A program made the position numbers and the translations under genes. A DNA stretch of 64,000 nt from Gnetum montanum. Its lineage: Eukaryota > Plantae > Gnetophyta. The stretch lies in contig MNCI01003467.1 of NCBI GenBank assembly GCA_015680685.1, positions 593,388-657,387 on the forward strand, read 5' to 3'. Below the pieces are notes generated by a model that did no database searches, was not told the DNA's origin, and saw only the letters and a list, made by a program, of their open reading frames with translations. Below are positions 11,928 through 24,825 of the stretch, in pieces. Each line of letters begins with the position of its first letter. The first letter of the stretch is position 1.

Positions 11928-12939
11928 GTCAACGTTTGGAGAATAGGCTCGATAGACGTCGGCAAAGAAGACGAAACACAGCAGCAGGCAAAATGCTAAG
12001 GATGTCGCTTGGTGAGTGTTAAGATGTCGCCTGGCCGTATTTGAGAGTGTTGCATTGGTTTTGCAGAGGTTAAGACAGAGAGCAAAGATGATGTTTAGCG
12101 GAGCCCCTCGTCGGAGTGCTCTGAGGAGCTTGTTTGCGTTTTCATCTTTGGCTGGCATTGTTCTTCAACCTCTTGTAGGGCAGGTCTTTCCTTCGTAGGA
12201 TGAGTTGCGTTACATCCGTGAGGGGTTTTGACCTTCCTACAAGTGCTCTCCATACGGCGAGTTGTGTTACGCACGTCATGGAACTTGCACTCTGAAGTAG
12301 CTAGGCTAGTCGAGGCACTCGCTTCGCGATGCTGTGGCACTTGCTGCTGTGGCGAGCTGTGCCCGCAGGGGCAAGGGTCTTGCTAGTTGTTGGCATTGTT
12401 GAGGTTGTTGGACATCGTTGCTGGTGTACGATGTCCAAAGCAGGGAGGCTAGCAGCGGTCTTGATAGCATTGGCGCGGGGGAGCTGGTCTTTGAGGCACC
12501 AGGGGGTGCGGATGTTCTGGAATCCCTGCCAGGGGCTTGCATTCCTGGTTCAGCTATGGGATCAGCTGCCACATAGCTAACTTCGTGCGAGCTTGGGCGT
12601 TGGCAGGGAGCTGGAGTAACAATATTGTGGCTGGGCCATAATACTGCTGGAACTCCAAATGCGGGAGCTAGCCTGAGAACCACCGTTAGGGCGATGGGCC
12701 GTGGCGACGGTAGGTTCGGAGGACTAGTGTGACGCCATACCCCATCTTTGGAGGGTTAGCATGATGCCATGGGTGGTAGCGCTGCATATGTTCCGGACCA
12801 CATTCTTGGTGTGTCGTGAACTGCATCCCAGAGCTGCGACGTCCCACCCATACGTTAGCATTGCGCCCACTCGTTCGATGTGTATCTGGTGTTGGTGCAT
12901 GTATCTAGTGATGTTGCATGCTGGGGATGCAACGCAAAC

Positions 12940-13230
12940 CCAGTTTAAGGTCTTGGTAGACCGTGTGCTGGTTTAAGGTCCCAGCGGACCGCTGTGCTGG
13001 TTTAAGGTCCCAGTAAACCGTACATGCCAGTTTATCGTCGTAGTGGACGTGCTGTGCCAGTTTATAATCATAGTGGACTAGCAATACTAGTTTTACGTCG
13101 TAGCGGATAGTTGTTGCCAGTTTTACGCTGTAGCAGGCGCTGCTTGATGCTGCTAGTTTATCGTCATTGCGGACGCTGCTTGATGCGATTGCCAGTTTAT
13201 CGTCGTAGTGGACGATTGTCGTTGTAATTG
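12940..13230 (-). repeat. Array of ~30-bp degenerate units with core (G)ACxxTAAACTRGCA, downstream of integrase
   Basis: About 9 copies of tgc(c/t)agttt(a/t)..gtc on the + strand. Confidence 0.85.
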
Positions 13231-13240
13231 CCGTTGCGCT

Positions 13241-16200
13241 TCAGACGTACTACGACTTGAGATACAAGTGATTCACGAGGTTGGCGAACTCGTTGCCGTT
13301 CATGTCCACCAGCTTGAAGGCTTCGTTTCCGAAGGCTTTGATGACCACGTAAGGACCTTCCCAGTTGGCTGAGAATTTGCTCACATGCTCTCAGACGGCC
13401 TTGAGGACGAGGTCTTCCTTTTGCACTGGCCGTCGATGCGGGTTTGCATGGTGCTTCTGCTGTTGTTTGCTCTGGTAGCACTTGATGCATTTCAGCGTCT
13501 GCGCATGTCTTCCTCCACTGAGTCGAGGTCGATGGTTCGCGACTCATTGTTCTGGGCTTCGCTCACGACATCCGCGAGGATCATCTGGACTGAGGGTACC
13601 TACAACTCGAGAGGCAATATAGCTTTAGATCTGTAAACAAGACTGTAAGGGGTCTTACTTGTTGTAGTTTTGCACGTCGTTCGATAGGCCCAGAGGACGT
13701 AGAGGATTTGCTCATGCCACCGCTTCTTGCTGTTGTTGAGCATCTGCTTTAGCAAGTTGATGATGGACTTATTTGTAGCCTCCGCTTGCCCATTCGCCTG
13801 CGGATAATAAGGGGAAGAAAATGATTGTTTAATGCCTAGATTGCTACAAAAGGTTCGGGTTTCTGTACTGCTGAACTATGGCCTATTGTCGGTCACAATA
13901 GTCATTGGAAGCCCAAGCCTTGTAACAATGTTGTCGAGGATGAAATGACAAATTTGCTGAGATGTTGTCTTCCTTAGGGTAATAGCTTCCACCCACTTGG
14001 TAAAATACTCAGTGGCGGTCATAATGAAGCTATGTCCTGCGAAGGACTTAGGCGTGATAGGCCCTATGAGGTCTAATCCCCATCGTTGGAAGGGCCACGT
14101 GATTTGCGTTGGGTGTAGATCTGTAGGTGCTATGTGTATGAGATTCACGTATCTTTGGCACGTGTCGCACGTCTTGACTTTTGATAGGCAGTCACGCTCC
14201 ATGTGGGGCCAGTAATACCCTAGGCGTCTGATTTTGGGAGCCATGGCCCTGGGTGCTATGTGTCCACCACATAACCCCTCATGTACTTCATTAACTATCT
14301 TTTGCGCTTGCTCACCACCCACGCATGCTAGCAATACCCCATCATAGGAGCGTCGGCACAGGGCATCACTTCCCATGAGCACATATTGCCAGGCACGCTT
14401 ACGGATTGCATCTCTCTAGGCAGATGTCAATCCACTTGGGGGTTCTCCGTGCTGTAGATAAGCTTTAATGTTGGCATACCACTCTTGGGTATCCGCAGCA
14501 CTGACAGATGCCACGTGTTCCACCTAAGTGATAGGCCCTGTGCATTCTATGATCGAGGTTGGCAAGTTTGCCAGGGAATGTGATGGAATGTTTAATGCAA
14601 GGGTAGCTAAAGCATCTGCCACGGTGTTTTCGTTGTGTGGCACGTGTTGCACATCAGTGGTCGCAAATTACTTAAGTAGGATTTTTGCTAGGTCGTAGTA
14701 GGGTTGCAGGTGCGTAGCTTTGCAGGCGTAGACCTCGGTGATTTGGTTCATGACTAGTTGTGAATCTCCCTGGATTGCCAGGTGTTGTATGCGCAGTGCT
14801 CGAGCAGTTAAGAGGCCTCTGAGTAGCCCCTTGCACTCTGCCACATTGTTGGTGCAAGGGAACGTAAATCGATAAGCAGATGGGTGCATTTCCCCAGAGG
14901 AGAACGTGATCGTGGCAGTGGCACTACTTCCTCGCGTGGTTGAGGCACTGTCAAAGTGTAAAGTGGCTTCGAAATTTGACGGGACGATGTTGACATTGCT
15001 AACGTATTCGTCTGGGAACTCAGGGTCTATGGTTGCCTGGTCGTTGACTTGCGAGGCCGTGAGTTGGGTTGCTATGGCTTGACCCTTTGTCGATGATTGA
15101 CTTACATAGCATAGGTCGAATTCTGCGGTTATTGCCTTCCACCGGGCTATCTTGCTACTCTCATATAAGTTGTTAGTGATAGCCCGGAGTATATTTCTTT
15201 TGCATATGATGTTGGTTGTACTGTGGAATAGATAATGCCGCCACTTTTTTAATGCAAACACTAAGGCTAGGGAATTTCTCTCCACTTCATTGTATTTTGC
15301 CTCATATGCTACTAGTGCATGGCTCAGGTAATACACTGGTATCTCAGAACCGTCTTCTTGCTTCTGACATAGTAGTGCCGCTATGGATGTGTCGGAGGTG
15401 GCAAGGTATATGAAGAAAGGCTTGTCCCTTTGTGGCAGGTGCACTGTTAGGAGGTGCGAGAGCTCCTTCTTTAGATCGTTGAAGGCTTGTTGACACTGGG
15501 TTGTCCATTCTAAGTCAACCCCCTGTTTAGAAGATGTTGCATGGGGTGTAACTTGTTGGTCAACCTTGCTATAAACCTTCGAATGAATTGCACTCTACCT
15601 TGTAAACCACATAACTCCTTAAGGTTTGTGGGAGGCGCTAGGTTGACGATGGCCTTGACTTTGTCAGGATCCACCCATATTCCAGCCTTCGATACTACGA
15701 ATCCTAACATGCATCCGGTTTTCACCCCGAAGATGCACTTCTTAGGATTGAGACGTAAATCGTGCATCTGGCAGCATTTGAGGACTACCCCTAGATCGTG
15801 TGGGTAATCAACGGCCTCCTTAGACTTGACCGCTATATCATCCACGTAGTCGTTTAATGTTTCTAGGATATAGTCACTGAAAATGTAAGTCATGGCTTGC
15901 TGGTAGGTTGCTCCAACATTTTTGAGCCTGAAAGGCATCATGGTATAGTACAAGGTCCCCCATGGGGTCATGAAGGCTGTTGATAGCTGGTGCTCTGGGT
16001 TAATGTGGATTTGGTTGTACTTGGAGAAACGATCCATAAAGGATAGCAGAGCATGGCCAGCCGTGGTGTCAATGAGTTGATCGATGCTTGGGAGTGGGAA
16101 GTTGTCTTTGATCATTGCCTTGTTCAAGTCCCGAAAGTCTATACAGATCCGTATTCCTCCCGTTTTCTTCGAAACCACAACGATGTTGGATACCCACTCT

Positions 16201-16709
16201 GAATAGTCAACTGCGCAGATGAAACCTGCTTGGTATAGCTTAGTGATTTCATCCCTCAGAGCTAGTGCAATTTTTGACTTAACTTTGTGGGCTTTTTGCT
16301 TGACTGTCTTTACATGGGGGTCTAGGACGATGTTGTGATGAATTAGTCACGGGTCCAGACCCGACATGTCACTGTATGACCATGCAAAGACATCGATGTT
16401 GTCTTGCAAAACTTTGACTATATTTTTGTGCGTTTGCATGTCTAGGAGGGAGCTGAGTTTCCATGTTTTCACCTCCCCCTTTGATGTGGTCACAGGCATC
16501 TCGACAAGAGGATCTTCGATTACATCCCTGACCTCTAAGTCTAGGGCTTGGACCAGATGCTTGGGTCAGTCTGGGGATGCTTCTAAGGCTGCTATGGTGC
16601 CAGTTGTGGTCGACCCCCAGTCGATCATATCAGGGTTCAACTGTCTCACAAGCTTGCCCTGTGGTCCTGTTAGTGTTAAAGGCATGGAAAGGTCACGAGG
16701 GATTTCCAT
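13241..16709 (-). pseudogene. pol: Pol of element A: RT - RNase H - archaeal-type RNase H - integrase (stops and frameshifts)
   Basis: RICIDFRDLNKA, LSFMD, YNQI, MPFRLKNVGATYQ, YVDDI; RH (FFIYLATS..PVYYLS..YNEVER); aRH (LHFD..CTNNVAE..GL..GDSQLV); INT (VHEGLCGGH..GYYWP..CDTCQ..WGLDLIGP..YFTKWVEA..IVTDN). Confidence 0.93.
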
Positions 16710-16939
16710 CTCTTGCTTGACCTACCATCATAAGTTGAAAGCCTGGTTATGAGGCGTTTGTTGGTAGGAATTGTGTGTAACGAAAATTTGCAAAGTAGTG
16801 ATGCGGTACGACTTGTGAAGTGTGATGATGTAAAGATTGCGAGTTTGCCAAGTTAGGGTCATGGCAGTCCGCCAAGGTACAAGAGCGTAGAACTATTGTC
16901 GTAAAGTGTGAAGTTGTATAACTGTTGATATGCAAATGC

Positions 16940-17265
16940 CAAACTGCTAGTTTAATGTCATTTCATGCTGCCAGATCGCAACATGCAAAATATTAACATA
17001 TAAAATAATAGTATACAAGATAGGAAATTGTGAAAATGAGAAGTATCGAATCACCAATGCAAAAATGAAAACATGAAACCACTAAAAAAATGTGATATTG
17101 CCTATGTGGAAGAAGATGAAATAACTGCTGATGTAAGTATGTGGTGTTGTTAGTTTAACGTCATTGTGGACCGCAAATGTAACAGGTCAAGACTGCTAGT
17201 TTTGGGTCTTTTCAGACCGGTAGGGGTACAACTATGCTAGGATTGCTAGTTTAAGGTCTTTTCGG
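16940..17265 (-). repeat. Dispersed TAAACTRGCA-type motif copies upstream of pol in element A
   Basis: tgctagtttaatgtc (~16945), tgttagtttaacgtc (~17147), tgctagttttgggtc (~17194), tgctagtttaaggtc (~17244). Confidence 0.7.
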
Positions 17266-17566
17266 ACCCACGCATTCCCCCAACTGCTCACCTAGGGGAA
17301 GGTCCTGGGGCTCGAGCAGGCCTGGATAATACAGGAGGTTATGGAAGAAGGGGCCCATTACAACTGGGCCAGTTTCCTATGTAGTGGCTTGCAGGCTGAG
17401 ATTTTGGGACTCTGTGAGCACATGGAGTCCCGCTCCAACATACACTATGCCTTCTACATAGGCTGTCTAAAGCACTTCATAGAGTTTTTNCGCTTTAGAC
17501 AGCCTATGTAGAAGGCATAGTGTATGTTGGAGCGGGACTCCATGTGCTCACAGAGTCCCAAAATCN

Positions 17567-19481
17567 GTGAGATCGTGACCAGATTCCTAGGTCGTGGATT
17601 TGCCAAGATCTCCTGGAAATGGTCGGGAATTCATTGTCTGTAACAACTAAAAATCTGGCGGTTCGTAGCATTCATGGCTAGGACAATGTGGGGGAGATGA
17701 CCCCTGCCATAGTCACTAGCGTGACGTGGGGTGAACATCTCATGGTTGAGATCGTGCCGAAGGAGTTGTGAAGGAAGAAACCTCCCCCAGCTAGGGACAC
17801 TCTTCGTGTGGAGGAAGAGGAGGGACGAAGACTACGGCTTAAGCTGCAGAGGACGCAACCCCCCATTGGTAAACGTTTTCGTGTAATTCTTACTTTGCTA
17901 TTGTTTGCTACGCTATGCTGTGTTAGGTGGTGTAGCGTAGCGTAGCACGTGTTTTAAGCTCACTTGTTTTAGTCTTACGCACACATGCTTTTTTGTAGAG
18001 GAAGAAGAAGAAGAAGAGGAAGGCGATGAGGAAGTGTCAGCCTGTGAGACGAGGTCGATGAATAAAGATGTGGAGGCCGCAGTTCCGAAGGAAAGGACCT
18101 CGATCGGGAATAAAGGAGCTCCTATTTCTAGGGCAGGGACCCTTGTCATTAGGGAATCTCCTAACAACAAAGAGGCACCTCCCTTGAATAAAAAAGATGC
18201 TGGTCTCCTAAAAGGAAAGGCACCAGCACATGAGGAAGGGGCTCGTATGGACTTGGCAGGGCCCTCCACTGAGGCTACCACGATCATCTTGCATCAGCAA
18301 GAAGAAAGACCGCAGGCAGGCACTGGTGAGTCGACGAGATGTCTACCTTATCACAGTCCATTTTGGCCATTGCTGATATGCTTAATCATGTAACAGGTGC
18401 TACTGCTGATGCTGCGGGACCCCCTCCAATTCATGCCAAGTCATGGGCTGAGATCCTTGACAAGTTTACGTTCATGCAGGGACTTGTTGATGACATGATC
18501 AGACACCTTCAGCTGGTAGACCCTGACGTGGGTAAGTTGTAGTATTAAATGCTCCTATGTTGTTTTGCTAAAAAACTTTTAAGTTCATTGATTTTGCTAT
18601 GCTAATGCGATTACTACGTTCCTCATGTTGACACAGCCTCTCGGATCAAATGGGACCCGGCTCGACCCATGAGAATTGGCGCCGTGCCTACACTCTCACC
18701 TGACGTGACCAAGGTGCCTCGTCGCGTGTTTGATGAGGCTCATAAGTGCGTCTTGCACTCGGTATGCTCTCTGTGGGAATGTAAGTGCATCAACGAGGAT
18801 CTGTGGAAATGAGTCCAAAGGGTTGAGCAAAGAGAGGCTGAGCTGGTCACTGAGGTGAAGGATCTCAAGTCGAGGAACAAGTTCCTTGTGAACCGTAACC
18901 CTGACGTTGAGGGCTGGTGCAAGGCTATAGACAACTATGCCAAATTTTGGACTGTCGTTCATTAGAATGTCGAATCCATGCACGAGATAGTCGAACAACA
19001 AATACAGATACAGTTGCTAACTCAGAAGTGTCAAGACATGAAAGATATCAGCGCCAAGGTTTTCGAATGGGGGCGAACCTAGAGAAACCACAAACATGTG
19101 TACATGCTGGAGAACGAAATCCATTAAAAGCTGTACAAAGACATTGCTGTGGAGGCATTCACGTATGAAGCATTCGTGAATGCCATTGACGTTTCTGAGG
19201 CCTACGCTAAGTTTAAAGAGCAGGTGAAGGTTACGAAATCTCTCGACTTGAAAGTGGACCTTCCTACAGGAGAGACCGCAATCGCCTCCCTTTCCTCGAG
19301 GCCCTTAGAATGGATGACCATAGAAAGGGAGAAAGCCACCACTGCGAATGCTGAACCTAGCAATAGATGTTGGATTTACATCACGACAAAGGAGATCTGG
19401 TGTCGCCTTAGGCTCGGCCTAAACTGGATACCTTCTGAGACCGATGTGAGTCCCTCTCAAGTTAGTCACTTTACTATGTAG
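17567..19481 (+). pseudogene. Spliced antisense accessory gene of element A (3' exons; 5' part lost at an assembly join near 17490-17566)
   Basis: GT-AG introns 17869-17998 and 18532-18636. Exons are homologous to the B2 antisense gene (WAEILDKFTFMQGLVDDMI; ASRIKW..VTKVP..SLWECKCINEDLWK..KDLKSRNKFL..WC). Confidence 0.8.
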
Positions 19482-19834
19482 ATGCTCATGCTGTGTTATA
19501 GTTTGCGTTTGTTGCCCTAACTAATTAGTTCATTCCTATGATGCAGACTCCAGGTGAGGGTGCAAGGCCCATAGAGGGAGGGAACGAAGAATTGGCAGAA
19601 GGTAACCCAGGGGAGAACGATGCATAAACAGATGAAGCGGAGGCAAGTAGCGAGGATAGTGCAAACAGAGGCGACCCATGACAGCATGGAATTTTCTTTT
19701 AAAATTTTTGAAGTTTTGAAATGTTGAAATTTTGCAAACATTGTCAAAGATAAAAGTTTTGGATAAACTGAAAAAATTCAGAAAATAAATTGACTTTGCA
19801 TTAACTTGCGTATCATGTAAAGTTTTCATGCTCT

Positions 19835-20085
19835 TGTGTGCTAGTTTTAGGCCATTTTGGGCCATTACGTAACATGCCAACAGGATAAAGTGAAAAAGCA
19901 ACAATGCTAGTTTTAGGCCATTTCGAGCCATTGCCCAAAATAGATAGTACGTTAACAAAGAAAAAAACGATGATGATAGTTTTAGGCCATTTTGGGCCAT
20001 TAGCGTAGCATGCCAGAAGGATGGCATGTTATCAAGACAGAAAGCAATGATGCTAGTTTTAGGCCATTTTGGGCCATAGCATAAC
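19835..20085 (-). repeat. Array with core TGGCCCAAAATGGCCTAAAACTAGCA downstream of the protease in element A
   Basis: 4 copies of (c/a)tagttttaggccattt..gccat at ~65-75-bp spacing. Confidence 0.85.
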
Positions 20086-20167
20086 ATGCCAAAAGGATGG
20101 CATGTTAATAAGGAAAAGAAGCAGCGAATGTACAGGGGTGGTAACTGGGTAGGAAGTAGTAGGGTTG

Positions 20168-23100
20168 CTATGCTATGCGTAGTTGCTTCCTAACCCGTTG
20201 CGGGTTGATCAGAATGTAAGGCCGAGGTGTTTTGCCAGGGCCCTTGTTCATATCGTTGTCCTCCACTGGGAAAGGCAACTCAACCCATGCATTTTTAGTT
20301 TGGAGACTGGCTTGCTGGGCCGATTCTCCTGTTTGATGGTTAATGTATGCGTGAGCAGGCACTTCATTCTCAAAGGCTGTGACCTCTGAGCCTTGCTCCA
20401 TATCTACGTTGCTGATTGCTTGTGTTGCTATTTCATCACCACGGATCACCACCTCCCTGCCTGCATATGGTAAGTGGATCTCCTGGTGTATGGGTGAGGA
20501 GACAGCCCTAAGTTGCACTAACCATGATCTTTCCAAGATCAGGTTAAACCTGGGCATTTCCTCGACTACGATGAATGTAACGTCTGTGGGGAACTGGTCC
20601 CCTGCTACGAAGCTTACGTGAACTGTGCCCTTCACTAGGAAGCGTGCCCTGTTGAAGGACCTTAGACACAACGTCGTTGTGGGTTTGATCTGGTCAACCA
20701 ATCCCAACTTATCCACAATAGGGAAGGGAATGACATTCATGGCAGCCCTGTCATCAACATGTACCCTTTGGATCCGGTGTTGGTTGACCTGAATTATGAT
20801 GAAGAGAGGCACTGTGGTCACCTGACCCCCTTCTAGATCTTCCCTAATGGCATCATCACGGAAAGTTAGTTGCGGTGCCGCGGACTCTACGGGTACAGAA
20901 GGAAGCATGACCGAGTGGATCGCTTCCTATTCCACTCACATGTTCTTGTCGACTGGAACTGCCATTAACATGCATATTAGAGCCTCGTGGTGGGGTACAG
21001 ATGTCATGATTAGGTCGTACAAGCTCAGGGTAGCATTTTTCTACTTTAGAGCTTGCTTGACCTGGGTGAGGACATCTAGAAGGTCTTGGCTGCCCCCTTG
21101 TTCGACATTTTCCTCCTCTTCGATTCGTCCTAGAAGACGAATATCCCAAGGAGAGGTGACTTCAGATTTGGGTTTATATCCTCGTTAGCAAGGTGATGCA
21201 GGCTGCGTAGTTAGGCTGACCTTCGTATTTAAGGACGAAGGTGTAGGTGCAAGGGGTGAAGACATAGGCTTGGGGATACCCTTGATGGTACTTCCCTTCG
21301 ACTTCTCGTCCACCCAGTGGACCTCTCACCTTGCGGGGAGAGGAGGCTATTTAGCTTTATTGCATCAGATAGGGACCGTCGAAGGCATCGACCCCTTGAT
21401 GACGAACAGAGCTAGAGGTGTTAACTGATGGGACTACGTGGCCCCGCTAACAGGTGACGTAAAGGTTGGTGCCCACGACGGGACTTTCAGAACAAAAGGC
21501 TGCTACAAGCTTGGGCCATCCGCTGGTGGTACTGGTGCACTACACTGAGGCACACGGATCACGAATGGTTGACGGGGTAGTCTGGGATCATTGTTAATGC
21601 CGATCGCATTGATGACGTAATCGACATTATCGATGTTGAGGGGATCGCTGTAGACATACATAGATTGGTTTTTAGGGTGCACTGGGTTACTTTCGTCCAG
21701 CACCAGCTTTCCCAGGTCGATTAATATTTGGATGTCGTCCTGCAACGATAGACAATAATCCGTGTTATGACCACATTGTTGGTGGTAGTCACAAAACCTG
21801 TCTAGCCTGAAACCCCTAGGAATTGGAGGCTCATTGGGCAGGGCCAACGAGGGATTCCTAAGGAGCTCGCAGTAGCGTTGATGTCTTGCATTTTCCTCTT
21901 CCAACATTTGATTGTGTCGAATGTATCCCGCTACCAACAGGTGTTTCAGAAGCTCTGAAGGCTTTAGAGGTAGTGGGGTGTACTTTGAGCGGTCTTTACG
22001 CTCAAAGTTGGGTTTGGGTTGTGCAGATGTCTTGGGTGCAGGTGCAACAGGTTGCGGCACATGGCCCAATTTGGGCGTAGGGTTAGCCGCTTGTGTGGTC
22101 GATTTCTTACCATTCTTACTACTATTGTTGCTAGGTTTGGGCTTGGCCTCAGTCGCCACAGTGGCCATTATGGTTGTTGGGGCTTTACCTTTTTCCTTCT
22201 TTGCGAAGGTGCTCTTGTAAGTGATGTAGGCTGGGTCTTTGCTCGCCTCGGCCACATCTTGTATGCTCTTAGTTTGAGCGAAAGCCTGACTAAGAGAGCG
22301 AGGAGCAAGGTAGTGCAGTTTGGACTTGATAAAGTCATTTACTGCACCTTTGAAGACGACCAGCAAGTGGGCCTCCGCGATAGGCTCGCGGATTTCGTTA
22401 AGGGTTGCACTCCAACATTGAATAAATTTTTGGATTGGTTTTAGCGCGTCTTGTTTCATGCTCATCAACTAATCCAGCATGGTTTTTGGCTTTAAGTTGT
22501 ACTTGAAGCATGTCACGAACTGGGTCAGCAGCTCTTCCAAAGTTGAAATGGATGAGTGTGGCAACACGCGGTACCAATCTAGAGCTTTTCTGGCTAGGGA
22601 CATGGCGAAGACGTGAATGATCATATGCAGCCATTGTTGCAATATCAAAGACTCAGACCTAAAAGTGACAAGATGTGTGTTGGGATCTCCCTCCCCATCG
22701 TACTTCATGAAGTGTGGAAGAGACATCCCCAGAGGTAACATCAAAGCAGGGATTACAGGGTTGATGGGGTTGTCGTGGTCAAAATCCATGACTTGTACCG
22801 TGTTGGACCCAATAGCTTTGAGGCGTTTTATTTCCTCAGTGAGGGTTTGGATAAGCTGAAATGCTTGATCCAGACCCGACAACATGGTGGATGGTTGGGA
22901 AGCTATTGGGGCAGCTCCCGCTTACGGTATGGCGGGAGTGACGGTATGACCCATTGGCTACGTCGTTGGCACGACCCTCGCGAGCGGTGCTGCCTGTGTT
23001 GTCCACCACCCGGTAGGTGGTGTTGTTAAGGTAGTAGCCGTTGGTTGGACTGCCAGGTATACTGCTTGTGTCACCAACAGTGTAGACCATAGCCTCGTGT

Positions 23101-23990
23101 TAGGCAGTGCCGACTGCGAGGCTTGGTGTAGTTGAGAGCGCACGAAATAAGACATTTGTGATGGTTGTAACATAGGCGAGGAAAAAAATGGGGCCCACCA
23201 TGTGGATAGGTCGGGGCTTGCCACAGTGGGTGGAACTGATGTAAATGTAGGAATAGAAGTCACGTATGTTTGCGAAGTTGGTAAGGTATGAACATGTGGC
23301 AGGGTAGCCATAATTGACATGTTACGTGCCACAGGAATGGGCTACTGAACAACCTGCAAAGGGATAGTAGCTGTAAATGGCGTAGGTGAAACAGGCGAAA
23401 ATGAGTGTGGAGGTGCCACAGGGTTGGTGTGGCTTCCCATAGCAGCCATAATCATGGGTTATGAAAGCATAGGTGTGATTACAAAGGAAGCGGTAAGAGA
23501 AGACGGCTTGGCCCAGAAGGACTGGGTAGGAGGGATAGGAGGGGGGCCGGTTGGACCTCCCTCGTCCGATTGGGAATCGAGTTCTTCCTGCTTATTCTAG
23601 AAAGCGTTCTCTTGGTTGGATGCTGTGTCCTGTTACTCCCTAAGCCTAGCCAACTGGACTAGCTGGTCTAGAAGCCTTTGGTATGTTTGAGTTAAAGGTA
23701 ACGAACCACTAGGAATAGGGACAAATTCCTTCCCGTTGCAGTAAACGAACTCGAAACTGCGTTTTTCTTCGAGTTCATGTAAATCCAAGGGTAGATTTAC
23801 ATGCACCTTTGCATAGAGGAAACTGTAATGCTCATGTTGCTGGGCTAATCCCTCAGGTCCTCGATTTTGGACTATGAGAGATCAACGTGTTTCCAGCATC
23901 GGGTTCAACGGTTGTTTGGCACCAGCGGTGCCTTGAACTGTGATGGACATCTCCACATTGAAGGTGGTGATAGCGGCAGTTAAAAAAGCC
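20168..23990 (-). pseudogene. gag: Gag-protease of element A
   Basis: KYDGEGDPNTHL..FAMSL..ALDWY capsid motif; FCDYHQQCGHNTDYC Tat-type zinc knuckle; protease RVHVDD(R/G)AAMNVI..FNLILERSWL..SPIHQ. Confidence 0.9.
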
Positions 23991-24064
23991 ATTGCTAAAC
24001 AAGTAGTTATGCAAAAAATCACAAGAAATGAAAAAGGGACAAAAAGACTGAAAGGCTACAAAAA

Positions 24065-24720
24065 GAAGGCTTTACGTCTTACCGGATTTCGAAGGAACCG
24101 CCAAGGTGACTGATCTGTACCACACAAAGCGGAAACAACCACAAAAGGGTGTCACATTTATGCCAGTGCTCAATGAGGTACAGAGCACGTGCAAGACTAC
24201 CTTAAGATAGGAAGGCAAGTCAACTGGTAGTCTGAGGCTTTATATCTTGTAGGGTTTCCAAGGAACCGTCGAGGCGACCGATCTACACCACACGACGCGT
24301 AAACAACCACAGATGGGTGTCAGGTCTATGCTAATGCATATAGAGGTGTAGAAGGCTTACAAGACTACTATAATACGAGATAGTTAACTAGTGATCAAGA
24401 AGGCTTTGCATCTTACAGGATCCTTGAGGAACCATTGGAGTGACCGCTCTGTACCACGCGAGATGGGGTACAGAACGCATGCAAGACTATCGTAAGGATG
24501 GGTAGGCTAACTAGCAGTCAGGAAGGCTTTATGTCTCGCAGTATCCCCAAGGGACCGTCGAGGTGACCGATCTATACTACGTGAGATGGGGTACAGAACG
24601 CATGCAAGACAACTATAAGGTGAGCTAGTTACCTAGTGATCGGAGGCCTTGTGTTCTGTGGGGCTCCCGAGGAATCTTCGAGGCGACCGATCTACACCGC
24701 ACAAAGCACAAACAGCCACA
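24065..24720 (-). repeat. 5'-UTR tandem repeats of element A (~120-170-bp units)
   Basis: About 5 copies of aaggctt..gaaccgtcgaggcgaccgatctacaccac..gcaagactac. Confidence 0.8.
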
Positions 24721-24802
24721 AATTATGTCATGTTTACACTTATGCGTATCACGGTGCATAAGGCTCACAGAACTATTGTGACATGTAGAAAGACACCAAA
24801 GG

Positions 24803-24819
24803 CCCTCCTTCTAGTGCCA
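24803..24819 (-). other. Primer-binding site complementary to the tRNA-Asn(GTT) 3' end
   Basis: TGGCACTAGAAGGAGGG, 6 nt after the LTR end; plant tRNA-Asn, recalled from memory, ends CCCTCCTTCTAGCG-CCA (1 mismatch). Confidence 0.8.
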
Positions 24820-24825
24820 GAAAAC

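Noticed and set aside
14680-14960. Second RNase H as a novelty or as a capture from the adjacent RNase H2A gene
   Set aside because: It is the archaeal-type RNase HI domain that defines Tat elements, an established feature unrelated to RNase H2.
15216-16752. Plus-strand ORFs overlapping pol of A (and equivalents opposite the other gag/pol regions)
   Set aside because: Shadow ORFs antisense to conserved gag/pol codons with no independent motifs.
17400-17566. Perfect ~73-bp inverted repeat (miRNA- or hairpin-like)
   Set aside because: The second arm is bounded by single 'n' characters, the arms are identical in an otherwise decayed element, and the position coincides with missing antisense-gene sequence. 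This points to a contig-join artefact.
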